From positions 2,592,001 to 2,656,000 of the forward strand of contig CBDCGL010000011.1 in the NCBI GenBank assembly GCA_965216755.1: a DNA stretch of 64,000 nt, given 5' to 3'. The translations under genes and the position numbers were made by a program. Below the pieces are notes generated by a model. That model did no database searches and was not told the origin of the DNA. It saw only the letters and a program-made list of their open reading frames with translations. This document shows positions 1-11,277 of the stretch, in pieces. The stretch comes from Alphaproteobacteria bacterium (GTDB taxonomy: Bacteria; Pseudomonadota; Alphaproteobacteria; UBA7887). Numbering within the stretch: position 1 is the stretch's first letter; each line of letters starts with the position of its first letter.

Positions 1-3
1 CTT

Positions 4-1281
4 CTAACCAAGCCGCCGCTGAATCCAATCATAGTCAGGCAAATCGGCGATCGGCCCCAAGGCAGCCACGGTCGGCGAAGCGCAACCGAACAGGCGTTCG
101 CCGACACGGGTCAAATCCGCCCGATCGATCGCGTCGATATTGGCGATGATTTCGCTGGTCGGAATCAACCGACCGAAAATCAGCAACTGGCGCGCCATTT
201 GCTCACAGCGCGAGAACGCGCTTTCCAGCGACATCAACAACCCGGCCTTGAGTTGCGTACGCGCGCGCTGAACTTCGGTCGGTGACAGATCTGCAACCGC
301 CTTCTCGGCCTCTGCGCACAAGACGTCAACCAATTCAGCGCTGTCAGTCTGGCTGGTCCCAGCATATATGCCGAACAAACCGCCGTCGGTGAAGCTGGAT
401 GTAAAGGCGTAGACCGAATAGGCGAGGCCGCGACGTTCGCGCACTTCTTGAAAAAGCCGCGACGACATGCCGCCCCCCAACACCGTCGAGAAAATTTGTG
501 CCGCGTAATAGTCGTCGTCGCCATAAGCGACGCCATCGAGGCCAATCAGAAAATGAACTTGCTCCAAAGGCCGCGCGTCGCGGGTATCACCCCCAACATA
601 TCGCGCCGCTTCAACGTTTCGATCATCGTCGCCGCTCAAGGCGCCAAACGCCGCCTCGGCCAGCGCCAGGATCTGCTCATGGTCGACGGCGCCGGCGGCC
701 GCGACGATCATGCGACCCGGCGTATAGTGATGTTGCAGATAACCCGCCAATTCGGCGCGAGTCATGTTCGACACCCGGTCGACCGATCCCAAAACCGACC
801 GGCCCATCGCCTGATTCGGATAGGCGGCTTCCTGAAACAGATCGAAGACAAGATCATCGGGCGTATCGTGGACTTGGCCGATTTCCTGAATAATGACTGT
901 CCGCTCGCGTTCAAGCTCTTCCGGATCAAAAGCGGCATTGAGCAAAATGTCGCCGAGCAGATCCATGGCCAGCGGCACATCATCCTTGAGCACTTTGGCG
1001 TAGTAGGCAGTCTGCTCGCGCGAGGTATAGGCATTGAGATGGCCACCCACGGCCTCGATCTCTTCGGCAATCGCTTGGGCGCTACGGCGGGCCGTACCCT
1101 TGAACGCCATATGTTCGATCAAGTGGGAAATACCGTTGATGCGCGGCGATTCGTGGCGCGCGCCGGCATCGACCCAAACCCCAACCGACGCGGTTTCCAA
1201 GGCCGGCATGGATTGCGTGACCACCCGCACGCCATTGCTTAACGTCGTCAATTGCGGATCCAAACGCACCACGTCAGACAT
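4..1281 (-). CDS. M16B (pitrilysin/MPP-like) zinc peptidase
   Basis: Inverted zincin motif HLIEH (GISHLIEHMAFKGT), NAYTSRE, and LGGGMSSRLFQEVRERRGLAYSV. Start set at ATG of MSDVV; the ORF is open to 1296. Confidence 0.92.
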   Translation of the reverse strand: MSDVVRLDPQLTTLSNGVRVVTQSMPALETASVGVWVDAGARHESPRINGISHLIEHMAFKGTARRSAQAIAEEIEAVGGHLNAYTSREQTAYYAKVLKDDVPLAMDLLGDILLNAAFDPEELERERTVIIQEIGQVHDTPDDLVFDLFQEAAYPNQAMGRSVLGSVDRVSNMTRAELAGYLQHHYTPGRMIVAAAGAVDHEQILALAEAAFGALSGDDDRNVEAARYVGGDTRDARPLEQVHFLIGLDGVAYGDDDYYAAQIFSTVLGGGMSSRLFQEVRERRGLAYSVYAFTSSFTDGGLFGIYAGTSQTDSAELVDVLCAEAEKAVADLSPTEVQRARTQLKAGLLMSLESAFSRCEQMARQLLIFGRLIPTSEIIANIDAIDRADLTRVGERLFGCASPTVAALGPIADLPDYDWIQRRLG

Positions 1282-1334
1282 GCTCACCGTGCCCAATTTG
1301 TACCGTCCTGCCCAATACCACTCCCGACGGCATG

Positions 1335-2759
1335 CTACCTATCGGCAGCCCATGCCGATGCACGAATATAGTCTTGCACTGCGGCGAGGTCACGGTCGAG
1401 CATGGTATAATGCTCGTCGGCCTCGCCGAGGCCTCGTAGCGGTGGCGGCACGGGCGGCGGCATGCCAATCGCCCGCAACACGGCATCCGGAAATTTGGCC
1501 GGGTGCGCGGTCGCCAGGGCGATCATGGGGATGGCGCTATCTCGATGCATGCGGCGCGCCGCGGCGACACCCACCGCGCTGTGCGGGTCGATAATCAAGC
1601 CGGTGTCGCCATGGACACGTCGGATCTCAGCGAGTGTCTCCGCCTCATCGATTCGCGCGCCGCCAAATGTCGACCGCGCTCTGGCCATGCGGTCGGCACC
1701 GATTTCGAAACCACCCCGGTCGGTCAGTTCGTCCATCCGTGCACCAACGGCGCGGCCATCGCGATCGCACAAATCGAACAGCAACCGCTCGAAATTGCTC
1801 GCCACCTGAATATCCATGCTCGGCGAAATGGTCGGCTTCACCTGCGCCGTTTGATAACGACCGCTGTCAAGCCATCGCGTCAAAATGTCGTTGCGATTTG
1901 TGGCGACGATCAAGCGCGTCAGCGGCAAGCCCATTTGGGCCGCCGCATAGCCGGCGTAGACATCGCCAAAATTGCCGGTCGGCACCGCGAAGGAAACCGG
2001 GCGATGGGGCGCGCCCAAAGCGACCGCAGCGTAAAAATAGTAAACCGTCTGCGCCATGACCCGCGCCCAGTTGATCGAGTTGATCGCGGACAAATTCAAT
2101 TCCGCCCGAAATCGCGCGTCGTTGAACATGGCTTTGACCAAGGCTTGGCAATCGTCGAACGTGCCTTTGATGGCGATATTGTGGACGTTGGTTGCCGTCA
2201 CCGTGGTCATTTGCCGACGTTGCACATCGGATACCCGGCCCTCGGGGTGCAAAATAAAGATCTCGATATTGTCGCGCCCCATGCACCCGTGAATTGCCGC
2301 CGAACCGGTATCACCGGATGTCGCCCCAACGATCGTAATCCGTTCGCCCCGCGCGGCGAGAACACGATCGAACAGCCGCCCAAGCAATTGCAAAGCGAAA
2401 TCCTTGAACGCCAGGGTCGGGCCGTGAAACAACTCCAAAAGCCAGAGATTGGCATCGATCTCAACCAACGGCGCGGTCGCCGGATGGGTAAAAGCGCCAT
2501 AGGCCGCGCGTGCCATTTCGGCAATCGCCGGTTGGCTCAGGGCGTTGTCATCGTGGCCTGCCATAAAAGGCGCCATGATCCTTGCGGCCGCACCCGCGTA
2601 AGCGCAGCCGGCCAGATCGGCCATATCCGCGGCCGCCAAGACCGGCCATCGATCAGGCACGAACAGGCCGCCGTCCGGCGCCAAGCCGGTCAACAACACC
2701 TGCTCGAAATCGCACGCGTCGCCACCGCCACGCGTGCTGACATATGACACCATCATCAT
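1335..2759 (-). CDS. thrC: Threonine synthase
   Basis: N-terminal YVSTRG, GLAPDGGLF, PLP-lysine motif ELFHGPTLAFKD, GATSGDTG, NSINWAR, ATAHPAKF. Start is one of three tandem ATGs (2759-2753). Confidence 0.95.
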   Translation of the reverse strand: MMMVSYVSTRGGGDACDFEQVLLTGLAPDGGLFVPDRWPVLAAADMADLAGCAYAGAAARIMAPFMAGHDDNALSQPAIAEMARAAYGAFTHPATAPLVEIDANLWLLELFHGPTLAFKDFALQLLGRLFDRVLAARGERITIVGATSGDTGSAAIHGCMGRDNIEIFILHPEGRVSDVQRRQMTTVTATNVHNIAIKGTFDDCQALVKAMFNDARFRAELNLSAINSINWARVMAQTVYYFYAAVALGAPHRPVSFAVPTGNFGDVYAGYAAAQMGLPLTRLIVATNRNDILTRWLDSGRYQTAQVKPTISPSMDIQVASNFERLLFDLCDRDGRAVGARMDELTDRGGFEIGADRMARARSTFGGARIDEAETLAEIRRVHGDTGLIIDPHSAVGVAAARRMHRDSAIPMIALATAHPAKFPDAVLRAIGMPPPVPPPLRGLGEADEHYTMLDRDLAAVQDYIRASAWAADR

Positions 2760-2840
2760 GGCCTTGATTGCCAAACCCGCATCCAACCCCTTATAGCAAG
2801 GAACCGGCACGCCCGCAGACTCAAACGATTCGACCTGGAA

Positions 2841-3422
2841 ATGACCGAACCTCCCAAAATATTGGCCTTCGCCGGCAGCACAAGAGCGTCCTCGTTGAAC
2901 AAGCGTCTGGTGAAAATTGCGGCCGCCGCGGCGGTCGAATCCGGTGCGCATGTGAACCATCTCGACCTGCGCGACCTGCCGATGCCGCTTTACGACGGCG
3001 ATTTGGAGGCGACCGACGGAATTCCCAAGAACGGCCTCCGATTCAAGGCTTTACTCAAAGAACATGATGGTTTTCTGATTGCTTCGCCGGAATATAACGG
3101 TTCGTTTTCGGCGGTCCTGAAAAACGCCATCGATTGGGCATCGCGGCCGCAATCGGATGAGCCGCCACTGGTCGCGTTTCGTGGCAAGGCGGCGGGGTTG
3201 GTGAGCGCCTCGCCCGGCGCGCTTGGCGGCCTGCGCGGCCTCGCGCATCTACGTCAGTTGTTGAGCAACATTCAAGTCCTGGTCATTCCCCATCAAGCCG
3301 CGATCGGGCGTGCGGCCCAGGCCTTTGACGACAATGGCGGCCTCAACGATGCCAGCCAGCTCGCCGCGGTCGAAGGGATCGGTGCGGGATTGGCTGATCT
3401 GCTGCGAAAAATGCAAAATTAA
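2841..3422 (+). CDS. NAD(P)H-dependent FMN reductase (flavodoxin-like)
   Basis: FAGSTRxxSLN, SPEYNGSFSAVLKNAIDWASR, SPGALGG. Confidence 0.92.
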   Translation: MTEPPKILAFAGSTRASSLNKRLVKIAAAAAVESGAHVNHLDLRDLPMPLYDGDLEATDGIPKNGLRFKALLKEHDGFLIASPEYNGSFSAVLKNAIDWASRPQSDEPPLVAFRGKAAGLVSASPGALGGLRGLAHLRQLLSNIQVLVIPHQAAIGRAAQAFDDNGGLNDASQLAAVEGIGAGLADLLRKMQN

Positions 3423-4933
3423 TCGCGGGACAGATAGCGTCGCCGCAGATGTGCGGTGAACGCCGCCACATCAAATGACCGGCCCGTGGCCTCGGTAAGC
3501 AGGTCCGGCGTCGAAACCAACGATCCCTTGGCGTGGATATTTGGGCCTAGCCACGCATAGAGCGGCGCAAAATCGCCAACGCCCAAAGCCTGGGGAATTG
3601 CCGGATCGGCGTCGACCGCCGTGGCGAACAGCTGGGCCGCAGCAATGGCGCCCAGTGTGTAAGTCGGGAAATAACCGAAGATACCTTCGAACCAATGGAT
3701 ATCCTGCATGCAGCCATCGCGATCGTCCAGGGGCGCGACACCAACCAGCTCGATCATGCCGTCATGCCAGGCCGCCGGCAGGTCGGCGAGCGCCAAATCG
3801 CCAGCGATGATGGCGCGCTCTAGGCGATAACGCACTATCACGTGGCTCGGGTAAGTCACTTCATCCGCGTCGACACGAATCAGGCCACGCGTCACCCGCG
3901 TATAATGTCGATAGAGATTTTCCGCCGACCATTCCGGCCCGCTGCGCCCAAACCCCTCGGCGATCAGCGGCGCGGCATGGGTCAAGAAATCCAAATTGCG
4001 GCAGGCTTGCATTTCGATCAGCAACGACTGGCTTTCGTGCATCGCCATGCCACGGGCGCGACCGACCGGCTGATGACGCCATGCTTGCGGCAGACCGCGT
4101 TCGTAGAGCGCGTGGCCGGTCTCGTGCAACACGGCCATCAATCCCGACGTGAAGTCGGTTTCGTCGAATCGCGTTGTGATGCGCAGATCGTCGGGGGTGC
4201 CGCCAGAGAATGGGTGGGCGCTGACATCCAAGCGGCCACAATCGAAAGGAAAGCCAACGGCGGCCATCAGCTTTTCGGCGATCATGCGTTGTTGGTCGGC
4301 GGGAAACGGGCCGTCGAAGGGCAGCGGCGGTGGCTGGCGTGCTTGCGCCGCCAACACATTGTCGGTGAAGTCTGGCAAAAAATCGGCCAGTTCGGCGAAC
4401 ATCGGATCAATCTCGGCGATGCGCAAGCCGGGATCATGTTGGTCAAGCAGAGCGTCATACGGCGCGCACGCGAAGGCCGCCGCCTTGGCGGCAGCGGTTT
4501 CCTTGACCAGCGCCAACACCTCCGCCAACAACGGTCGCACCGCGCCATAGTCGTTCCTGGGCCGGGCGTCGCGCCACGCCATTTCGCAGGCGGCCGTGGC
4601 GCGGCTCTTCGCCGCCACCAAGTCAGACGGCACGGCGCGGGCGTGGTGCCAAGACCGTTTCATTTCGGCCAAATTGGCACGCTGCCAGTCATCCAGCGCT
4701 TCGCCCTGTTGGACACTTTGGTCGAACCAATCGCCAAGCCGCGGATCGGTGGTCAATTCGTGAATGACGACACCGATTTCAGCGATCTCGTCGGCGCGCG
4801 CATCGGCTGCACCGGCCGGCATCATGGTCGCCCAATCCCAATGCAAATGTCCGCGCGCGCGCCCCAAAAAGGATAAACGCCGAAAGCGTGCCTCCAGCGC
4901 CGCATAGGCGTTGGGCACCGCCGAATTGGTCAC
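3419..4933 (-). CDS. Carboxypeptidase, family M32 (Taq-like)
   Basis: HETGH zinc motif, HESQ, SAHPF, IRVDADE, GCMQDIHW, GYFPTYTLG. GTG start overlaps the ctaA stop (GTGA at 4930-4933). Confidence 0.93.
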   Translation of the reverse strand: MTNSAVPNAYAALEARFRRLSFLGRARGHLHWDWATMMPAGAADARADEIAEIGVVIHELTTDPRLGDWFDQSVQQGEALDDWQRANLAEMKRSWHHARAVPSDLVAAKSRATAACEMAWRDARPRNDYGAVRPLLAEVLALVKETAAAKAAAFACAPYDALLDQHDPGLRIAEIDPMFAELADFLPDFTDNVLAAQARQPPPLPFDGPFPADQQRMIAEKLMAAVGFPFDCGRLDVSAHPFSGGTPDDLRITTRFDETDFTSGLMAVLHETGHALYERGLPQAWRHQPVGRARGMAMHESQSLLIEMQACRNLDFLTHAAPLIAEGFGRSGPEWSAENLYRHYTRVTRGLIRVDADEVTYPSHVIVRYRLERAIIAGDLALADLPAAWHDGMIELVGVAPLDDRDGCMQDIHWFEGIFGYFPTYTLGAIAAAQLFATAVDADPAIPQALGVGDFAPLYAWLGPNIHAKGSLVSTPDLLTEATGRSFDVAAFTAHLRRRYLSRD

Positions 4934-5889
4934 GGTGAGACCGGACTTTCGACGGGTCGCGGTGCCAGCGCGCGGCCACGGCCGCGCCACAACGCCACCA
5001 CCAAGGCCGCGAAGACCAACACGCCGACGCCCTGATGGACGGCGCCGATCGCCACTTGCCAAGTCAACGAATCGCCATGAAACGTGAACGTGACCAAAGC
5101 ACCGAACAATATCTGGATGACGATCACCGCGACCGCCACGTGACTCGCCGCGCGTGCTGCCGGCGATGACGCGGCGCGGGCGCCGAAATAGGCCCACACG
5201 ACCAGCAAAACGGCCAGCACCGCCAAGAGCCGATGGATAACATGGACCCGGACCAGTTCGTCACTGAGGTCGGGCCAAAACGTCTCGTTGCACAACGGCC
5301 ATGAGGCGCACGCCAAAGAGGCCCCCGACTTGGCCATCATCGCGCCGCTTGCGACCGCCGCCGTGGTCGCGAAAATGGCGAGCCACAGACGCCCCTGCCC
5401 GCCGGCCGTGAGATCTTCGCCATGCCGCTGTGCCGCCGCCATCGCCATCATCATGATCAGCGCCAGGAACAACAGGGCGACAGTCAGATGGACGGCAACC
5501 GACCAGGGACTGTTGCTGTCGAGCACGGTGAAGCCACCCAGACCACCCTGGATCAAGAGGACAACCAGCGACGCCGGCGCCAACCACGCCATCGCCGGCA
5601 CCCTGTCGCGCACACGCCACGCCAAAATCACCACGATCACGGTCAGCGGGCCGACCAGCACGGCGGCGTTGAAACGATGCACCCATTCGAACATCACTTG
5701 GCCAAACGTGTAGCCGACGCCATCAAGCGCGGCGAGCTTGGCCGGCGTTGGAAACCAGAGGCCGTAGCAGAGCGGCCAATCGGGGCAGGAAAGACCCGAA
5801 TTGGTCAGCCGCACGGCGGCGCCGAGGACAATTTGCACGAAGGTCAGCACTGCCGTGATCCAAGCCAAACGGCCAAGCCAGGTCATCAC
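4930..5889 (-). CDS. ctaA: Heme A synthase (COX15/CtaA family, Cys-pair type 1)
   Basis: GLSCPDWPLC, EWVHR, LACASWPLC and HVIHR motifs; about 8 TM segments; lies inside the cox cluster. Confidence 0.88.
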   Translation of the reverse strand: MMTWLGRLAWITAVLTFVQIVLGAAVRLTNSGLSCPDWPLCYGLWFPTPAKLAALDGVGYTFGQVMFEWVHRFNAAVLVGPLTVIVVILAWRVRDRVPAMAWLAPASLVVLLIQGGLGGFTVLDSNSPWSVAVHLTVALLFLALIMMMAMAAAQRHGEDLTAGGQGRLWLAIFATTAAVASGAMMAKSGASLACASWPLCNETFWPDLSDELVRVHVIHRLLAVLAVLLVVWAYFGARAASSPAARAASHVAVAVIVIQILFGALVTFTFHGDSLTWQVAIGAVHQGVGVLVFAALVVALWRGRGRALAPRPVESPVSP

Positions 5890-6641
5890 CCGCTCTCCAT
5901 CTCTCGCCGATCTCGAGCGGCGTTGTGCAGCATGAGCATACCGATCAGCGCGGCCGCCGCCGCCAAGGCGAACCAGGTCATGGCATATTGCAGATGATTG
6001 TTGGGAACATCCAATCGCGTGACCCCACCAACCGGCAATCGATTTGGATCCGGATCCGGATACGCGTCCGCTTCAACCACCAGGGGCAGCAAAGCCAGTC
6101 CCAAAGAGTCCGCCATGGCTGCGATGTCGATCCAATACCAAGCACCGTTGGCCGGTTCGTTGCGCGGCACGAAGGGACCGCGGGTCGCTGGCAGGCTATG
6201 TCCGGGCACCCGCACGATGCCCGTCACCATGTTGTCGCGCGCGGGATAGCTCAGCCTTGCGGCATCGCCGTCGGCCGTCGGCACCCAGCCCCGGTTGACC
6301 AGCACATGATGGCCGTCCGCGCTTTCGAACACGGTCAACAGATGGCCGCCGGCGATACCCTTGCGCGTGCGCGGCACGATCAGCAGCGATGTTTGGTCAA
6401 GATATCGGCCCGAAGCTGTGACGCGCCGATAATCCCAGGCCTGGGGATCCGGCGCCGTTAGCAATTGATCGAAGGTTACAGATGCCGCGCCGAGGCGTTC
6501 TTGCATAACCTCGATCAGACCTTGTTTCCACGCCAACCGCTGCAGCTGCCAGCTGCCGAGCCCGACCAACACGATCACCGCCGGCAATAGGACCAAGCCG
6601 ACAAAAACCGCCGGGCGGCGCGCGCGACTACGCGCCACCAC
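5886..6641 (-). CDS. SURF1 family cytochrome oxidase assembly protein
   Basis: LGSWQLQRLAWK, VLVNRGWVP, NNHLQYAMTWF. Confidence 0.93.
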   Translation of the reverse strand: MVARSRARRPAVFVGLVLLPAVIVLVGLGSWQLQRLAWKQGLIEVMQERLGAASVTFDQLLTAPDPQAWDYRRVTASGRYLDQTSLLIVPRTRKGIAGGHLLTVFESADGHHVLVNRGWVPTADGDAARLSYPARDNMVTGIVRVPGHSLPATRGPFVPRNEPANGAWYWIDIAAMADSLGLALLPLVVEADAYPDPDPNRLPVGGVTRLDVPNNHLQYAMTWFALAAAAALIGMLMLHNAARDRREMESG

Positions 6642-6999
6642 CCGGTTTGAGAAGATCGTGACGATAGTGCAACGCCACCATAAGTGCCTTCAGCGGCGGC
6701 AACATGGCCAGCGCGCCTGCCAAAATAACCGGTATCCACAACACAACATGCACCCAATAGGGCGGGCTGAACATCACCTCGACCCACAGCGCCAGGCCGA
6801 CAACAACCAGCCCCAAGATCAGGATGATGAACACCGCCGGACCGTCGCCCGAATCCTGGGCACGCAGGTCAAGGCCACAATGTGCGCAGCGTTCGGCGAC
6901 TTTCAGATAACCGTCGAACAAGCGTCCCTCGGCGCAGCGCGGGCATCGCGCCCTGATCCCAACTTTGAACGGTGAAACCGGTGGATACCCGTGCTGCAA
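6628..6999 (-). CDS. DUF983 family membrane protein
   Basis: RCPRC...LF...C..CG, DSGDGPAVF, two TM segments; usual position between ctaE and SURF1. Confidence 0.88.
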   Translation of the reverse strand: MQHGYPPVSPFKVGIRARCPRCAEGRLFDGYLKVAERCAHCGLDLRAQDSGDGPAVFIILILGLVVVGLALWVEVMFSPPYWVHVVLWIPVILAGALAMLPPLKALMVALHYRHDLLKPGGGA

Positions 7000-7017
7000 C
7001 CGAAACGCCTTTGCCCG

Positions 7018-7878
7018 TTAGTGCGCGCCGGCCGAGGCGGCAGCACCCCAGTTCGTGCCCCACAAATAGATGCAGAAAAACAGGAACAGCCACACGACAT
7101 CGACGAAATGCCAATACCAGGCGGCGGCTTCAAATCCGAAATGGTGATCCGGCTTGAAGTGATCCTTATACGCCCGCCCCAAACAGACAATCAGGAACAA
7201 GGTCCCGATGATCACGTGCGCACCATGAAAACCGGTGGCCATGAAGAAGGTCGACGAATAGATCCCCTCGGTGAAACCGAACGCGGCGTGGCCATATTCA
7301 TAGGCCTGGATGCAGGTAAACAAAGCGCCAAGCACGATCGTCAACCACAGGCCGAGAATCAGATGCTTCTTGTTTCCCTCGCGCAGCGCGTGATGGGCCC
7401 AGGTCACCGTCGCGCCTGAAGTCAACAGAATCACCGTGTTCAACAACGGCAAATGCCAGGGGTCGAATGGCGTGACGCCTTCCGGTGGCCATGTGCCGCC
7501 GGTATGGGCGACGCGCCATTCCTGGATCGCTTCGGCCGAAAACAGGCTGGCGTCAAAAAACGCCCAGAACCAGGCGACAAAGAACATCACCTCCGACGCG
7601 ATGAACAATGCCATGCCAAAGCGCATGCCGATCTGCACAATCGGCGTGTGATGACCTTCGAAGGTCGCTTCGCGAATGACATCGCGCCACCACAGCACCA
7701 TGGTCGCCAGCACAAGCAAGAATCCGACGACGACGGTGAGTCCACCGCCGCCCATATCGTGCATGAACATGACCGCGCCGACCGTCAACACAAGCGCGGC
7801 GAAAGCGCCGAGCACGGGCCACGGACTCGGGTCGACCAGATGATATGGATGGGGATGTTTTGCCGTTGCGTCACTCAT
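7018..7878 (-). CDS. ctaE: Cytochrome c oxidase subunit III
   Basis: HPYHLVDPSPWP, SEVMFF, WPP, TGFHGAHV, WYWHFVDVVW. Confidence 0.97.
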   Translation of the reverse strand: MSDATAKHPHPYHLVDPSPWPVLGAFAALVLTVGAVMFMHDMGGGGLTVVVGFLLVLATMVLWWRDVIREATFEGHHTPIVQIGMRFGMALFIASEVMFFVAWFWAFFDASLFSAEAIQEWRVAHTGGTWPPEGVTPFDPWHLPLLNTVILLTSGATVTWAHHALREGNKKHLILGLWLTIVLGALFTCIQAYEYGHAAFGFTEGIYSSTFFMATGFHGAHVIIGTLFLIVCLGRAYKDHFKPDHHFGFEAAAWYWHFVDVVWLFLFFCIYLWGTNWGAAASAGAH

Positions 7879-7954
7879 ATTTGTCCCCTCCCGCTCGAGA
7901 CATCGTCACTGCCCGGCCAAATACACCGGACTCCATACAACTTCATTTCGGGTC

Positions 7955-8545
7955 TCACTCCACCGCGCCTGCCGCAGTTTTATTGGCCGCGAGATATTTG
8001 TCGCGCACGTCCGCGCCCGCATCGAAAAACATGTAAGACAGGGTGATGGTGGTCACATCGTCCATGTCCGGGTCATCGATGATGGCCGGGTCGACAAAAA
8101 AGCTCACCGGCATGTCCGCCGCCTCCCCCGCGGCAAGAAACTGTTCCTCGAAACAAAAGCAATCAATCTTGGAAAAGTAAACCCCTGCTTTTAGCGGGGT
8201 TACATTGAACGTGGCGGTGCCGACCATCGGCTGGTCGCCAATATTGACCGCAGAATAGGTCGCCAGCGCCGGTTCGCCAACACGAACCGTCATTTCGCGC
8301 TGGTGCGGCTGAAACCGCCACGGCAAACGCGACTGAACATCGGCGTTGAAACGCACATTGATCACGCGGTCACCTACGGCGACCGGCGCGCCGGCGGCAA
8401 CTTGCGGTGTCCCGCCATAGCCCGTCACGCGGCAGAACAGGTCATACAAGGGCACCGCCGCATAGGCCATGCCGACCATGCCAACCACGATGATCCCCAG
8501 CGCCGCGGCGATGCCGACATTGCGCGATATGCCGCCACCGGTCAT
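7955..8545 (-). CDS. ctaG: Cytochrome c oxidase assembly copper chaperone Cox11/CtaG
   Basis: AAVPLYDLFCRVTGYGGT, KIDCFCFEEQ, TLSYMF. Confidence 0.95.
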   Translation of the reverse strand: MTGGGISRNVGIAAALGIIVVGMVGMAYAAVPLYDLFCRVTGYGGTPQVAAGAPVAVGDRVINVRFNADVQSRLPWRFQPHQREMTVRVGEPALATYSAVNIGDQPMVGTATFNVTPLKAGVYFSKIDCFCFEEQFLAAGEAADMPVSFFVDPAIIDDPDMDDVTTITLSYMFFDAGADVRDKYLAANKTAAGAVE

Positions 8546-8658
8546 GCGTTGCCGCTCAGCTTTGCGATGGTGATCAGGAAAAACAGCGCCACCAACGCTG
8601 CCAAGGTCAAACCCAAGGCAATGTTCCGCGAACGTTGCCGTTTATGCTGCTCATGCAT
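8542..8658 (-). CDS. Small single-TM protein of the cox operon (38 aa)
   Basis: MHEQHKRQRSRNIALGLTLAALVALFFLITIAKLSGNA: basic patch followed by a TM helix. Its stop overlaps the ctaG ATG (ATGA). Confidence 0.75.
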   Translation of the reverse strand: MHEQHKRQRSRNIALGLTLAALVALFFLITIAKLSGNA

Positions 8659-8669
8659 GGATTGTGACC

Positions 8670-9611
8670 CTATGCTCCGCCGGAGAGCGTCGGTCCGACA
8701 AACCGATCGACCAGCAGCAGGACAAAAATTAAGAACAGATACACAATCGACCAACCAAACAAGCGCCGCGCCACGGCGCCATCGTGGTCACACCAGACCG
8801 CCCAGGCGCAGCGCAACAAGACGACATTCAGTGCTGCGGCGCCGACGCCATATGTCAGCCCGCTCAGGCCAACGACCCACGGCACCATGGCAGCCGCAGC
8901 AACCGCGACACTGTATAGCAAAATCTGCCGTCGGGTCTCGATTTCGCCGGCGACCACGGGCAACATCGGCACGCCGACGTCGGCATATTCACCCTTACGG
9001 TAAAGCGCCAGCGCCCAAAAATGTGGCGGCGTCCACAGAAATATGATCGCGAACAAGATCACCGGCTCAAACGACACGTCGCCGGTGACCGCGGCCCACC
9101 CAATTACTGGCGGCAACGCACCTGCGGCACCGCCAATGACGATGTTTTGCGGCGTCCGCCGCTTTAGCCACATAGTGTAGACGAACACGTAAAAAGCGAT
9201 AGTCGTTGCCAGCAAAAGGGCGGCGATCGGGTTGATGGTCAGCCCCATCATGGCGACCGACGACACCGCGAGCACAATCCCGAACCCAAGCGCGGCATCG
9301 GGCGATACCCGTCCCAGCGGGATCGGCCGTTGTGCCGTGCGCGCCATGCGTTGATCGATATCGCGGTCGTACCACATGTTGATCGCGCCCGACGCGCCGG
9401 CCCCCACGGCGATACACAAGAGCGCCGTGAACGCAAGTGTGGGATGCAATTGCCCCGGTGCCAAAACCATGCCGACGAGGCCGGTAAAAACCACCAGGGA
9501 CATCACGCGGGGCTTGAGAAGGCGGACGAAATCGCGCGGCTCGGCGGGCCACGACCCTGCTTGAACATCGGCTCGGTCGATTGACAGCGCGCCGTGCAAT
9601 TGCGTCCGCAT
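8670..9611 (-). CDS. ctaB: Protoheme IX farnesyltransferase (heme O synthase)
   Basis: [52 protein letters not shown]. Strong RBS GGGGAGG just before ATG 9611. Confidence 0.96.
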   Translation of the reverse strand: MRTQLHGALSIDRADVQAGSWPAEPRDFVRLLKPRVMSLVVFTGLVGMVLAPGQLHPTLAFTALLCIAVGAGASGAINMWYDRDIDQRMARTAQRPIPLGRVSPDAALGFGIVLAVSSVAMMGLTINPIAALLLATTIAFYVFVYTMWLKRRTPQNIVIGGAAGALPPVIGWAAVTGDVSFEPVILFAIIFLWTPPHFWALALYRKGEYADVGVPMLPVVAGEIETRRQILLYSVAVAAAAMVPWVVGLSGLTYGVGAAALNVVLLRCAWAVWCDHDGAVARRLFGWSIVYLFLIFVLLLVDRFVGPTLSGGA

Positions 9612-9645
9612 CTCTACCTCCCCACGCCGGCCGTGATTCGCCCAG

Positions 9646-11268
<1,623 letters not shown>

Positions 11269-11277
11269 TCAACCCGG

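Noticed and set aside
6046-6063. GGATCC tandem repeat in SURF1
   Set aside because: It simply encodes an in-frame Pro-Asp repeat.
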